64,000 nucleotides of DNA, taken from positions 19,340 through 83,339 of the IMG/VR virus record IMGVR_UViG_3300025018_002598; one strand, 5' to 3'. The notes beneath the pieces were generated by a model. The model had not been told where the DNA came from, did not search any database, and saw nothing but the letters and a program-made list of their open reading frames with translations. A program made the translations under genes and the position numbers. Position 1 is the first letter of the stretch. Every line of letters starts with the position of its first letter. This DNA comes from a virus (Duplodnaviria > Caudoviricetes). Of the stretch, positions 43,864-53,773 are shown one piece after another.

Positions 43864-46800
43864 TATCTCCTTCCAGTCCTTGTTATACCTATTCTTGGTA
43901 ATCTGGTTTCTCCGTCAGAACCTTTATTGGCGGCATAAATTGCGCCGCATAGACAGTCTACCAAATCATCATATGGAAATTTAGATTCAGCATCTTTGTC
44001 GATCTTGGGAGGTGTTTTTCCGTGGTCTATCTTTACACACCTTAATTCACCAGCAAGTTCAACATCATCCATACACAATTCTATTCTTCCAGACATCATT
44101 TTATTCCTTGTATTATCATAAATATTGTTCTTCTGTCTTCCGGCGAATCGAATCTCTTTCATAAGTGGACATTTCATAGCTATTTTCTTTCTTTGCTCTC
44201 TAGACAAGACTCCATCGAAAGAAACGCACATGATATTGAATTTCTTGAAAAGGGGAAGAATGTAGGTATCAACAATATGGTCTGGATCTATTGCGACTCC
44301 CTTATTCTTTTTCATGCACATGAAGTAAGAATAATCTTCTACCCAATACTCTACAATCTCTCTAATTTCGGGATCATATCTTCTCTCTACGTGTATTACC
44401 ATAAAAGCATATCTGTCAGAAGTATCAGCAGCATCAATATGGAGATAGTATTCATACCCAGGAGTTCCATTTTGATGCATAATCCAGTCCGGTCTTTGAT
44501 ACATCGCTTGCTCTATTTTATCATGAGGAAAGTAAGTTAAGCTCTTTTTCTTCTTAAATTGTGCTCCATATTCGACAGAAGCATATTCTGGGTCCATCTC
44601 AAACTCATGTTGCAATTCTGACTTAGGAACTCTAGGGTTGGCATTCCATGTTGGGATTTGAAACATCAACATAGACCTTACAGTCTTACTCTTATTGTAC
44701 AAATCATAAAAGAAACCAGAGGCGTCATATGGAGATGACAAAACTATCTGCCTACCATCACCCCACATTTTAAACGTAGCGGAAGATCTAGAAAGAGCGT
44801 TATATACTTCTTTGGCAGAAGACTTTCCATCACTATTTACAAAGTGGGCAAGCTCGTCATAGATTATACAATTATGATTTAAAATATTTTCGGCATAAAA
44901 ACTTTTGTCTTCACTATTCATAAACGATACGTCATAGACTTCTTCGTTCTTTATTTTTTCAATAGACTTTATATTTACAAGTTTATGTTTTGTTAAAAAA
45001 TCTATTTCTTTCTTACTTTCGTCTGAAAATTTTTCTAGAAATTCATTAAGCAATAAAATGTTTTTTCTTAATATTTTCTCTTGTCTTCCGCTCCTATAGG
45101 ATCTCACGAAAGATTGTAAATTTGCCTTTCCTTTAAAAAATATTTTTTTGTCTTTGCATAGAATTTCTATTTCTTGAAACAGTTTTTTTGATATTTTTGT
45201 GCAAAACACTTTAGTGTATTTTGATTCATATTCACTTTTATATTTTTTTCTTCTTTCTGAATAGAATCCTATTTCCTTTAAAAATAGGCTACTGGAGTGT
45301 TGTCCCATATCTACCTTGTAGAAAGTGCCATTTTTTATTTTTTCTTTATATATTTTAGGTGAAAATCCTAATTTCGACAATATGAAATAGACATCTTGAG
45401 ACAATCTTTTTGATTTTGTCCCATACTGTATACATTTCTTTTTTTGAATACCGTCACCTTCAAATAATGACTTTAGAAATACCGAAACAATTGATATTGG
45501 AGATTTAAGTATACAATTTGGAATTTTTTTACATTCAGACTTGACGCTTTCTAGTCCAACAATTTTCAACAAAAATGTTTTAACTAAGTCATTTGAAAAT
45601 GTGCAGATATAGACATCTTTATCCTTCTCTTTCTTTACGATCCTTTTTCTCACATCTATGTTGAAACAACTTTTAACTTTAGAAATATATAATTCAGCAA
45701 AATCTTCATCTGTTGTTGAAAATTGAATCCTATTGTCAATAGTGTAATTTCCTTCTGAAATAATTGCACCTAAAATAAAACTTAGATCTTCATCACATTT
45801 TTCTGGAATTTTTACACTAGAATTTCTCATTCTGTTTTTATAAAAATCTGAATTTGTATTTCCATGTTTTTCAATATAGTCGGCAAATGACATTTTGTGA
45901 GATTTTAAATGAGCGTGGGTTATTTGTCCAAATTCAAAACCACATTCTTTACAAACCTCTTTAGTTTCCACATGGTTGTAATGAGGTAGTGTTTTTATAT
46001 TTTCTTCTACATCAAAATAAAAATAATCTTCTATGTCCCAATCTTTATAGTCTTTTATTGCGACAAGATCATTCTTTTCAATTTCTTTAAGAGGTTTTTC
46101 TTTTATTTTCATTCCATCTTCAAAGTTTACAACGAATAATTTATGGTCTATTGTACAATCTAAAATATTCCCATTATGAAAATGAACTTCATAAATATCT
46201 GATAATCTCTTTGTAACGTGCGTTGTTTGGTGATATCCATTTATTCCTTTTAATTTTATTTCTTTTTCTTTATTTCCGCTTTTACTGTATTCTTTTCCAT
46301 AAATATCTTTTATTCGAAAATTTCCACCTTCAGATTCAACAATAGTCTCTCCATCCAGACAAATAGGTGTGTGACCACGAAGACCACCAGAACTTGATGA
46401 TCCACAAAGAATTAAAATTGAACCTTCTTCTGGCTTTTCACCGTCTTGAAGTTTTTTGTTGTATTCAAGATCGACATCAGTAAGTATTCTAATTTCTTTA
46501 GCGCCAAATTTACCGATTCTACCATCGAACACCGGACACTTCCTTATGAATTTTTTTATTTCACGGAAAATAATCTTTTCTGCCTGATCTTCTTTAACGG
46601 CGGTGTTTAATATCGCAATGTCTGAATTAATACCATAAAACTTCTTTGGATCGCCCAACATGATTAATTTATAAGCTTCATATGAACAAAGAAGGGCGGT
46701 TAGGTAAGATTTGCCTGAACGTCTTCCTAAGACAAGAATCAATTCGTTGAACCACAAAGGGTCTTCACCGTCTTGTTTTTCTTGTTCTTCTGAAATATCT

Positions 46801-47186
46801 AAACCTAAATCTAATTTACGAAGCATTTCTCTTCGTATTTCTAATTTCTTTTCTCTTAGTTCTTCATTTACAAATTTTTTATAAAGATCTAGCTTAGAGG
46901 TTTCACCTTCGAACAACCATGTCTGCTCTATGTCCCATCTTTGCATTACCTCTATTTCTTCTTCGGTAACTCTTAGGTCTTCATTGAAACGACTACCTGC
47001 ATAAAAAAGTTTACAGATAATCTTTTGGGCAAAGCTCAACCTCTCACCCAAAAGGGTTTCGGCATATTCAAGGATATTTAATGCTTTTTTGCCATCAGTT
47101 GCCTGATCGGATTTGAATTTTCTGATACTATCTTTTAGTATATCAGATAGATCTAAACTTGTTTTTTTTGACATAACCTTACTCAT
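43863..47186 (-). CDS. terL: Terminase large subunit with intein
   Basis: Walker A LVLGRRSGKS, Walker B CIIYDE after splicing, coupling motif LSSP, and nuclease HID...D motifs. About 610 aa after intein removal. Confidence 0.9.
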   Translation of the reverse strand: MSKVMSKKTSLDLSDILKDSIRKFKSDQATDGKKALNILEYAETLLGERLSFAQKIICKLFYAGSRFNEDLRVTEEEIEVMQRWDIEQTWLFEGETSKLDLYKKFVNEELREKKLEIRREMLRKLDLGLDISEEQEKQDGEDPLWFNELILVLGRRSGKSYLTALLCSYEAYKLIMLGDPKKFYGINSDIAILNTAVKEDQAEKIIFREIKKFIRKCPVFDGRIGKFGAKEIRILTDVDLEYNKKLQDGEKPEEGSILILCGSSSSGGLRGHTPICLDGETIVESEGGNFRIKDIYGKEYSKSGNKEKEIKLKGINGYHQTTHVTKRLSDIYEVHFHNGNILDCTIDHKLFVVNFEDGMKIKEKPLKEIEKNDLVAIKDYKDWDIEDYFYFDVEENIKTLPHYNHVETKEVCKECGFEFGQITHAHLKSHKMSFADYIEKHGNTNSDFYKNRMRNSSVKIPEKCDEDLSFILGAIISEGNYTIDNRIQFSTTDEDFAELYISKVKSCFNIDVRKRIVKKEKDKDVYICTFSNDLVKTFLLKIVGLESVKSECKKIPNCILKSPISIVSVFLKSLFEGDGIQKKKCIQYGTKSKRLSQDVYFILSKLGFSPKIYKEKIKNGTFYKVDMGQHSSSLFLKEIGFYSERRKKYKSEYESKYTKVFCTKISKKLFQEIEILCKDKKIFFKGKANLQSFVRSYRSGRQEKILRKNILLLNEFLEKFSDESKKEIDFLTKHKLVNIKSIEKIKNEEVYDVSFMNSEDKSFYAENILNHNCIIYDELAHFVNSDGKSSAKEVYNALSRSSATFKMWGDGRQIVLSSPYDASGFFYDLYNKSKTVRSMLMFQIPTWNANPRVPKSELQHEFEMDPEYASVEYGAQFKKKKSLTYFPHDKIEQAMYQRPDWIMHQNGTPGYEYYLHIDAADTSDRYAFMVIHVERRYDPEIREIVEYWVEDYSYFMCMKKNKGVAIDPDHIVDTYILPLFKKFNIMCVSFDGVLSREQRKKIAMKCPLMKEIRFAGRQKNNIYDNTRNKMMSGRIELCMDDVELAGELRCVKIDHGKTPPKIDKDAESKFPYDDLVDCLCGAIYAANKGSDGETRLPRIGITRTGRR
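44871..46361 (-). mobile_element. Intein (497 aa) with LAGLIDADG endonuclease in terL
   Basis: Starts CLDGETIV and ends FYAENILNHN followed by Cys. Motifs ILGAIISEG and FLKSLFEGDG. Confidence 0.93.
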
Positions 47187-47823
47187 CCACTGAACTGTCT
47201 GTTAAGATATTGTTCAATATATCATTAAGTCTTTTTTGAGCTTCAGGCATATCTTCAAACTCTTCAAAAAGTTTCTTTAAAGAATTAGCCATGTAATTTT
47301 TCATTAACAGTTTTTGTTCTTCTTCGGATTTTCCGTATCCTAGAATTTCAAATTCCATTTGATAATATTCCCTAAAAGCCTTAGACAATTCAACAACTTG
47401 TTTTGAGAGTTTAGCATGTAAATTTCTATTTTCGGGAGTTAAAAGGTTGTCTGGTTTTGAAGCATAAACATCCTTAATGAAATCATAAATTATTTCTTTT
47501 ATGATCGATACACGTGTTGTATTCTTCTCACCTTGAGCTATTTTTACTCTAAGTTCTTCAATTTTTCTCTCTTTAATTAAAGCAAATTCTTTTACGAATT
47601 TTTCTACATGCTCTTTGAAGTGACGATCCAATGTTTTAGAATTGAAATCTTTCTTATATTGATTCTTAAAGAATTGAACAACGGCTTCTACATCTTTGCC
47701 AGTCCCATAATAAATCTCTGTCGCCTTATCACAGGCGGGATGCTTACAAACAGGACAAGTGTCACTCTTTGCATCCCCAACGAGTTCTAAATTTACTTCT
47801 TCTAAATTATCTTTTTCGCTCAT
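47179..47823 (-). CDS. Candidate terminase small subunit
   Basis: Directly upstream of terL. CPVCKHP...LDRHFKEH Zn/HTH-like N-terminus followed by a helical region. Confidence 0.5.
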   Translation of the reverse strand: MSEKDNLEEVNLELVGDAKSDTCPVCKHPACDKATEIYYGTGKDVEAVVQFFKNQYKKDFNSKTLDRHFKEHVEKFVKEFALIKERKIEELRVKIAQGEKNTTRVSIIKEIIYDFIKDVYASKPDNLLTPENRNLHAKLSKQVVELSKAFREYYQMEFEILGYGKSEEEQKLLMKNYMANSLKKLFEEFEDMPEAQKRLNDILNNILTDSSVDE

Positions 47824-47833
47824 TGTAAGTCCT

Positions 47834-48442
47834 TTAGTTAAATATGATGGGAGCGCCACCTTGCTTTTGAGCGGATTTTGACATCACTTCTTTTTCACCA
47901 GCTATTTTCTGATTAAAACTATCAACTAAATAAACTGGCCATATACCAAAAAGATCTCTTTCAAGATTTTCTCTTTCTGAAATTTCTCTAGTTCCAGTTC
48001 CACTCGAAGCCTTACTCATTAATAAAGAGTTTGACAGGACAGGCTCTAAGACCTTATGGATTTCATCGGCGACAATTTGAGTCGGACGTTGACGGTATAG
48101 ATCTATATCTTTCAATAAACTTGCATATTTCTTCCCAATTTTAGAAAGATATTTTTCCCAACTTTCAAAAGAAGCATTTCTTATGCTATCTTCAACTTTA
48201 GGCTTAATATCTTCATATGATCTTGGAGGTCCAGAATCATAATCAGAAGGCAACTCTTCAGTCACAGCAAACGCAAGTTTCTTAGAAGCCTCACGTGTAC
48301 AACCATCAACTTCTAATAGTTCCTGAATCATCTGTTCGTCAAAGCCCTGTTCAGAATAAGAAATAGCAGATTCTTTGTATTTCTCAACTTCGTTTGAAGA
48401 CTCTGAATTCATTAATTTTTTTAAACCATCATAAATATCCAT
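47834..48442 (-). CDS. Hypothetical protein
   Basis: 202 aa with AGGAG RBS. Confidence 0.6.
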   Translation of the reverse strand: MDIYDGLKKLMNSESSNEVEKYKESAISYSEQGFDEQMIQELLEVDGCTREASKKLAFAVTEELPSDYDSGPPRSYEDIKPKVEDSIRNASFESWEKYLSKIGKKYASLLKDIDLYRQRPTQIVADEIHKVLEPVLSNSLLMSKASSGTGTREISERENLERDLFGIWPVYLVDSFNQKIAGEKEVMSKSAQKQGGAPIIFN

Positions 48443-48452
48443 TTTAAACTCC

Positions 48453-50651
48453 TTATTTTACCTTCATCCATTCATTGTGTGAAGAAACTTTCATCCATTC
48501 ATTATGTGAAGCCTTTACTGGTTCTGGCGTTGTTGATTCCGGCGTCACTGGTTCTGGCGTTGTTGATTCCGGCGTCACTGGTTCTGCTGGTGTTTGTTCC
48601 GTTGTTTCTTTTTTCTGTTTAGATTCAGAATCTTTTCGTTCCTTTTCTTTGTTTGCAGATATAGAATCTTCTAACTTCTTAATATATGTACTAGAAATTC
48701 TCTCTAAATTAGTATAGAGTTGCCTTAAGTCAGAAGCGTATGGTTTGGCACCTACATACCTTGGATTTAAATATCCTGTAATTTTGCCAATGACCTGATC
48801 TACAGAAACCTGAATATCATCAAGTATAGCTTCTATTGGAGCGTCTGGAGATTCAGATGGGTTGGCTACATTTGGATTTACCGCTCCAGCGCCAGGGGTT
48901 GGTCCTTTAGATTGATATCCATCATATTCTCCAGGCTTTCTGTTTTGTGGAGTATTTCTATTTTGTTGCTGTTGCTGTTGTCCTTGTCCAACTTGTTCTT
49001 GTCGAGAAGTTGTTTCTTGACTTGAAACCGTAGGTAAATTTAAACCATTAAATGAGTTGTTTATATACTGAATAGCAGGAAAAGCTTTATTTTGTATCTC
49101 TAGTTTTCTATGAGATGGAAGAGAAGGATTGTTATATAATTCAAATATTTCCTTTTGAAGTGATTCTGAATTTTTTTTCATTTCAGAGAAAACATTAACA
49201 ACCTTATCTAAAGTGTTGTATATTTGCTGAACACGCTGTTCACTATTATTTAATGCGAATTCACCTTCCCCTCTCTCCATTCTAGACTTTTCACGACCCT
49301 CTGAACTAAATGGATTGTATTTTCCAAACCAATTACCAAGGGTTTTTTGAGACTCTTTAACTAATGAATTGTATTGAGATTGACTGAATAAAGAGGAAAG
49401 GGAGGTTTCTAATCTAGCATATCCTGTTTGAATCTTTTCTAAAGACCTCACATAAGGATTGACCAATCCAGCAACTTCTTTATTTAATCCGTTTAAGTCT
49501 ATTTGTCCCAATAGATTTTCAGCTAAATCCAAAGAGTCTTTCAACGCTTGGTTGTAAGTTACAGTTCTTGCAAAAATCTCATTCTGACTCTTTGGAGACT
49601 CTTTCTTTTCGTCTGGAATGCCGTCTCCATCTGAATCGTTACTTTCGGCATTTTGTGGATTTTCAGGTTCAACATCAAATAGATCTAACTGACCGTCTCC
49701 ATCAGTATCTTTAATAGATTCGTCAGTATCTCCATTAATTTCGTCTTTATCTGAATCTTGAGGAGTTTGATCTCCAAATAAATCCATTTGACCTTCTGGG
49801 ATGGAATCGTAGGCTAAATCATTCTTTATTATTCTACCTATACGTTTGTTATAATAATTATCCATCTCTGTAAAGATATTATTTATTTGATCAGATACAT
49901 GACTGTAGTAATTACCAAAGTGATTCTTAACAGAATCATTCAATACCGATTTGAAGTTGTTAAATAAATTGTCATATTGATCTTTTTTTTGTTCTTGCAA
50001 TATTTGTTGCTTTGTTGGTTCTGGTTTGATAGGTGGACCCGAATCAGCCCCCTCAGCAAAAACATTTTTTAGATTAGATTTTGCAGTAACTGGTTTGTAT
50101 TCAACGTTCCTTATTCTAGTATAAAAACTTTGGCCCATAAGTTGAAATTCTTTTTTAAGTTCTTGTGAAATTCTATTTTCAGAAAAGAATGCCGATAGAT
50201 TTGACTGCAATATTGCTTCAAATCCTTCTTTTAATGATTCAAACTCTTGAACTTCCTCTGCTCTTATGTCACCAACGCTTGGTTCTGGCTGGCTTGATGC
50301 TCCTTCGTCAGGTGGGATTTGTTCTGATTGAGGAGCGGGTTGAGCAACCTTGCTTAATTCTTCTTTTATTTCTAAAGATCTTAACATTTGATTGTCCATT
50401 AAATCATTAACAGATTCCGATGTTGAATTGCCCATAGTTTCCATCTTTTCAATCAAAGAATTAATACGGCTCAATTTTTTGTTGGGATCTTCATTTGAAT
50501 TCTCAACAGCATCGATTTCAGCAGTTATGCGCTTTACATGCTCATCTGTAAATTCACTTCTTTTAATCAAACTATCAGCAAAGACAGAAAGCCATTCTCC
50601 AGTTCCCTGAAGAGGATAAAGGTCTTCATTATTTGTTCTTTTTAATCCCAT
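48453..50651 (-). CDS. 732-aa protein with DxDxDG motifs and terminal repeats
   Basis: DTDGDGQLD, DSDGDGIPD, TPEPVTPES repeats and SHNEWMKV x2. Confidence 0.7.
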   Translation of the reverse strand: MGLKRTNNEDLYPLQGTGEWLSVFADSLIKRSEFTDEHVKRITAEIDAVENSNEDPNKKLSRINSLIEKMETMGNSTSESVNDLMDNQMLRSLEIKEELSKVAQPAPQSEQIPPDEGASSQPEPSVGDIRAEEVQEFESLKEGFEAILQSNLSAFFSENRISQELKKEFQLMGQSFYTRIRNVEYKPVTAKSNLKNVFAEGADSGPPIKPEPTKQQILQEQKKDQYDNLFNNFKSVLNDSVKNHFGNYYSHVSDQINNIFTEMDNYYNKRIGRIIKNDLAYDSIPEGQMDLFGDQTPQDSDKDEINGDTDESIKDTDGDGQLDLFDVEPENPQNAESNDSDGDGIPDEKKESPKSQNEIFARTVTYNQALKDSLDLAENLLGQIDLNGLNKEVAGLVNPYVRSLEKIQTGYARLETSLSSLFSQSQYNSLVKESQKTLGNWFGKYNPFSSEGREKSRMERGEGEFALNNSEQRVQQIYNTLDKVVNVFSEMKKNSESLQKEIFELYNNPSLPSHRKLEIQNKAFPAIQYINNSFNGLNLPTVSSQETTSRQEQVGQGQQQQQQNRNTPQNRKPGEYDGYQSKGPTPGAGAVNPNVANPSESPDAPIEAILDDIQVSVDQVIGKITGYLNPRYVGAKPYASDLRQLYTNLERISSTYIKKLEDSISANKEKERKDSESKQKKETTEQTPAEPVTPESTTPEPVTPESTTPEPVKASHNEWMKVSSHNEWMKVK
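48463..48586. repeat. Two adjacent tandem repeats (27-bp x about 2; 30-bp x about 2.3)
   Basis: TTCATCCATTCATT(G/A)TGTGAAG.. at 48463 and 48490; ACTGGTTCTGGCGTTGTTGATTCCGGCGTC at 48517 and 48547. Confidence 0.9.
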
Positions 50652-50662
50652 TATATTTCTCC

Positions 50663-51265
50663 TTAATCAGGAAGCTTATAAGACTTCTCTCTAAACCTTA
50701 TTTTTTCAGAATTTGTTTGCTCACCATAAATGACTTTTTTCATTTTCCTGAAAGCAAGATCTAATCTTTCTTTAACACTATCTTCAGAAATACCAACAAT
50801 TTTCGCTATCATGTACATTGGTTTTCTCTTATAACAATTCCAATAGACAACTTGTAACTGTTTTGTGGTCAAATTCTTTAAACCATAATATACTTTCCGG
50901 TTTTTTGATGTGTTTTTCCTTCCCAGTTTTGATTTTATTTGGTCACTAGAGGGAATTTTTTTCTCTGGAACCATACATTCAACCAAGAGGTATTGTCTAA
51001 AATTAAAGATCAACTTCTCTTGAAATGGGTATAAGAAACCTTCTTCGGAGAAGTCATAGTCATTGACTGAACCCCAAAGCCACAAAAATACATTTTGATC
51101 TATTTCTATTTTTTTGTTTTCTAAAAAGGGAAAATAATCTAAATATGCCAAATAAATTTCATTAATTACAAATTTTAATTTTAACCTCAGTTTATTAAAA
51201 CTCTCTCTATTGCCAAGCCTGGATTCCAGCAATAGTGTATATATAATTTGTCCCTTCTTCATCAT
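50663..51265 (-). CDS. Divergent sigma-70-family (ECF-like) factor
   Basis: Region-4 HTH LKNLTTKQLQVV...MIAKIVGISEDSVKERLDLAFRKMK. Confidence 0.65.
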   Translation of the reverse strand: MMKKGQIIYTLLLESRLGNRESFNKLRLKLKFVINEIYLAYLDYFPFLENKKIEIDQNVFLWLWGSVNDYDFSEEGFLYPFQEKLIFNFRQYLLVECMVPEKKIPSSDQIKSKLGRKNTSKNRKVYYGLKNLTTKQLQVVYWNCYKRKPMYMIAKIVGISEDSVKERLDLAFRKMKKVIYGEQTNSEKIRFREKSYKLPD

Positions 51266-51270
51266 TTTAC

Positions 51271-51810
51271 TTAATTTAAATTTACCTTAAGGGGAGGTCG
51301 GAAGGTCACTATCAAGATAGAATCTTGAGTTGAAATAAAACCATGTTCTTCTAAAGATGAAATAATCATTTCCTGTCCTTCTTTCAATATTTCATTAGTT
51401 TCTATTCTTTTGATTGATCCTGAAACTACATATACAAATTCTTCTTGAGTATGTTTGTGGGTAGGGAGTTGAGTGCCTTTTTCGCAAAACACAATCCAAG
51501 TGTTCTCTTCTTCTTCATTTTCAAAAAAAGATGTTTTAATACATTTAGATCTCCACCCATTAGATATCTCTATGAATGTATCGACTTGCAATTCCTCAAA
51601 AGGAACAAAGTCTATCTTTCCAAACTTAACCATTTGTTCTTCAAATAATGAAAGTTTGCTGTAATACATCTGTCTTTTACTTTTCTTTATAGCTTCATCT
51701 GCATTTTCCAGAACACCCTCTTCACTTTTGAAGATTTTTGAAATATCTTGGAAAAACAAATCTTTTAAAAAAGTAAATATTTCTTTCATCTTATTTGTTC
51801 CGACTAGCAA
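51271..51810 (-). CDS. Cupin-domain protein
   Basis: LPTHKHTQEEFVYVVSGSI...LEEHGF. Confidence 0.8.
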   Translation of the reverse strand: MLVGTNKMKEIFTFLKDLFFQDISKIFKSEEGVLENADEAIKKSKRQMYYSKLSLFEEQMVKFGKIDFVPFEELQVDTFIEISNGWRSKCIKTSFFENEEEENTWIVFCEKGTQLPTHKHTQEEFVYVVSGSIKRIETNEILKEGQEMIISSLEEHGFISTQDSILIVTFRPPLKVNLN

Positions 51811-52099
51811 AGAGATTGCTAATGTGAGATTTTATTTCCTCAGCCCTAACCTTCAACTCACTGAAATATTCATTTTTCTGAATATTTATTGTTACTGTAA
51901 GTTTAGTCATGACTTCAGAAGTTTCCACTAGAACTGATGTCATTTCTTTGATTGTGTTGTCTCTTTTGTCTAATTCAGACTGAAAGTATTTAAAAATCTT
52001 GAAATTCAAGTAAAAAAGAAAAAGGATTACAAGAAGCATAATTCCTACAATTCCGAATTTTTCTATATTTTGAACAAGAAACTCTATTAATTTATCCAT
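51791..52099 (-). CDS. Small membrane protein, holin-like
   Basis: A single hydrophobic segment FGIVGIMLLVILFLFYL followed by a coiled coil. Confidence 0.5.
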   Translation of the reverse strand: MDKLIEFLVQNIEKFGIVGIMLLVILFLFYLNFKIFKYFQSELDKRDNTIKEMTSVLVETSEVMTKLTVTINIQKNEYFSELKVRAEEIKSHISNLFASRNK

Positions 52100-52114
52100 A
52101 AGGAGAAGACCTCA

Positions 52115-52633
52115 TTAGTCGAAAAAGAAAGATTTTGGAAATTTAGATAAGACTTCTTCCAAATCAGAAATCATCCATAACTTTCCATTTTTCCTTATTT
52201 CTAAATGTTGATCTAAAATACCTGCAAGTTCTTTAATTTTAGACTCTTTTTGATGTCCTTCTAAAGGCATTATGATTAAAGGCTTTTTTCTAGTCCTTGT
52301 ATAGATAACCATAGGGATTACATCAGGTATCTTCGAAGCATCTTCTTCTGCTTGCCTCATGAATTCAAAAAATAGAGATTTATGATTGTGATTAGGTCTG
52401 AATAAATTGTAAAGATCCACTTCGTAACCAAATTTATTTTCGATTGAAAAACTAAAATTATCAGGACAAATAATATCACCTGCTAAAGTTCTATTCGAAG
52501 CTGATGATAGTTTGTGGATAGTGGAAATAGCACCGGAAGCCGGAACTCTATTGAATTTTTGTTCAAAATGTTCTGACAGGACTTTGCAAATAGCTAATTC
52601 GCCTCTATTCCCCTTTTTCTTAGAGTTGGCCAT
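52115..52633 (-). CDS. Holliday-junction resolvase-like PD-(D/E)xK nuclease
   Basis: SKKKGNRGEL, GDI and SIENK motifs. Confidence 0.8.
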   Translation of the reverse strand: MANSKKKGNRGELAICKVLSEHFEQKFNRVPASGAISTIHKLSSASNRTLAGDIICPDNFSFSIENKFGYEVDLYNLFRPNHNHKSLFFEFMRQAEEDASKIPDVIPMVIYTRTRKKPLIIMPLEGHQKESKIKELAGILDQHLEIRKNGKLWMISDLEEVLSKFPKSFFFD

Positions 52634-52651
52634 ATTTTTTCTCCTATAAAT

Positions 52652-52682
52652 AAAAAAAAGCGCATACCCAATAGGTATACGC
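52652..52682 (-). terminator. Intrinsic terminator
   Basis: Minus strand GCGTATACC-TATTG-GGTATGCGC followed by T8. Confidence 0.75.
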
Positions 52683-52708
52683 CAAAAATAATAGCCTTTT
52701 AGTTTGTT

Positions 52709-53773
52709 CTAGTTTATAACATCTATAAGAAGTCTATTTAATATGAATTTCGAACTTCCTCTCGAATAAATGATATCGAAAAAAGATTCTTCTAAGGACT
52801 CTAAGGCTTTACATGTATCTTCAAGGTTTCTATTTTTTATATATTTCTTCTCAAAGAATAATCTAGATTTAACAGTGAAAGCATTGACGGGTTTATTCTC
52901 ACCAGTCTTGTCGTCTTTTTTGTGCCAAACACTAGAGACGAAATGTCCTATTTCCTCATCTGTTTTCTTTCCGTTTTTCATAGCCAAAAGAGAAAACATA
53001 TAAAGATAAAATATTTCAATAAGCCTACCGTTCAAATTTAGTATTTTTCCATGAACTTCTGACTCATCTGAATTAAGAAGAATTGCCGCAAAATCTAAAG
53101 CCTTGTTTAAGTCTCTTTCCTTTACAGCCATTACTATATCTTCAACATCTCTACTACTTGTGTTTGATATTATATCTTTTATTTCTTCAAAATCTTCTGG
53201 ATCTTTTTCTAGGAAAGTTCTTATCTTTTCAATTTCTTCAAATATTTTCCCATAATCATAATCACAAAGATCCATTATTATATCTAGAACTTCTTCAGAA
53301 CCTTTCCAGTCTGATCTCTTCAAGATTACTTTCTTTCCTCTTTTTATGTCTTTTTCGTTAAGGAAAGAGAATCCATCATAAATTGGTGGGATTTCTTCAA
53401 TGTCGTCTTTAATGCTTTTGTAGAATTTAGAACCTTTATGTGGCCCTTTTTGAGACATTAAGATAACATATCTATTCGAAGGCAAGTGTTCAAGAAACTT
53501 ATCGAAACCATCTACAGGATCGGGCAAGACTTCATCCAGTATGAATATTTTTTTAGAATTGCCAAAAATCTCTTTAGTGTTTATGGTTGAGTATATTTCT
53601 TGAGAAGATATTTTCCCCGAAGTGTCATTGTTCAGAGTTTTCACATCCCATGAACCATCCTTGTTAAGGGACGAGATTATCTCGTCCCTTCTAATCAAGG
53701 AAAGATACCTATCCCCTAAGAGATAGTTGTATCTTTTATTCTTCGCTGCTGTCTTCGTTGTTTTCTTCGCCAT
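52709..53773 (-). CDS. holA: DNA polymerase III delta (HolA)-like clamp-loader subunit
   Basis: YLLGDRYL N-terminus, DYGKIFEEIEKI lid and C-terminal collar. Adjacent to the clamp gene. Confidence 0.65.
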   Translation of the reverse strand: MAKKTTKTAAKNKRYNYLLGDRYLSLIRRDEIISSLNKDGSWDVKTLNNDTSGKISSQEIYSTINTKEIFGNSKKIFILDEVLPDPVDGFDKFLEHLPSNRYVILMSQKGPHKGSKFYKSIKDDIEEIPPIYDGFSFLNEKDIKRGKKVILKRSDWKGSEEVLDIIMDLCDYDYGKIFEEIEKIRTFLEKDPEDFEEIKDIISNTSSRDVEDIVMAVKERDLNKALDFAAILLNSDESEVHGKILNLNGRLIEIFYLYMFSLLAMKNGKKTDEEIGHFVSSVWHKKDDKTGENKPVNAFTVKSRLFFEKKYIKNRNLEDTCKALESLEESFFDIIYSRGSSKFILNRLLIDVIN

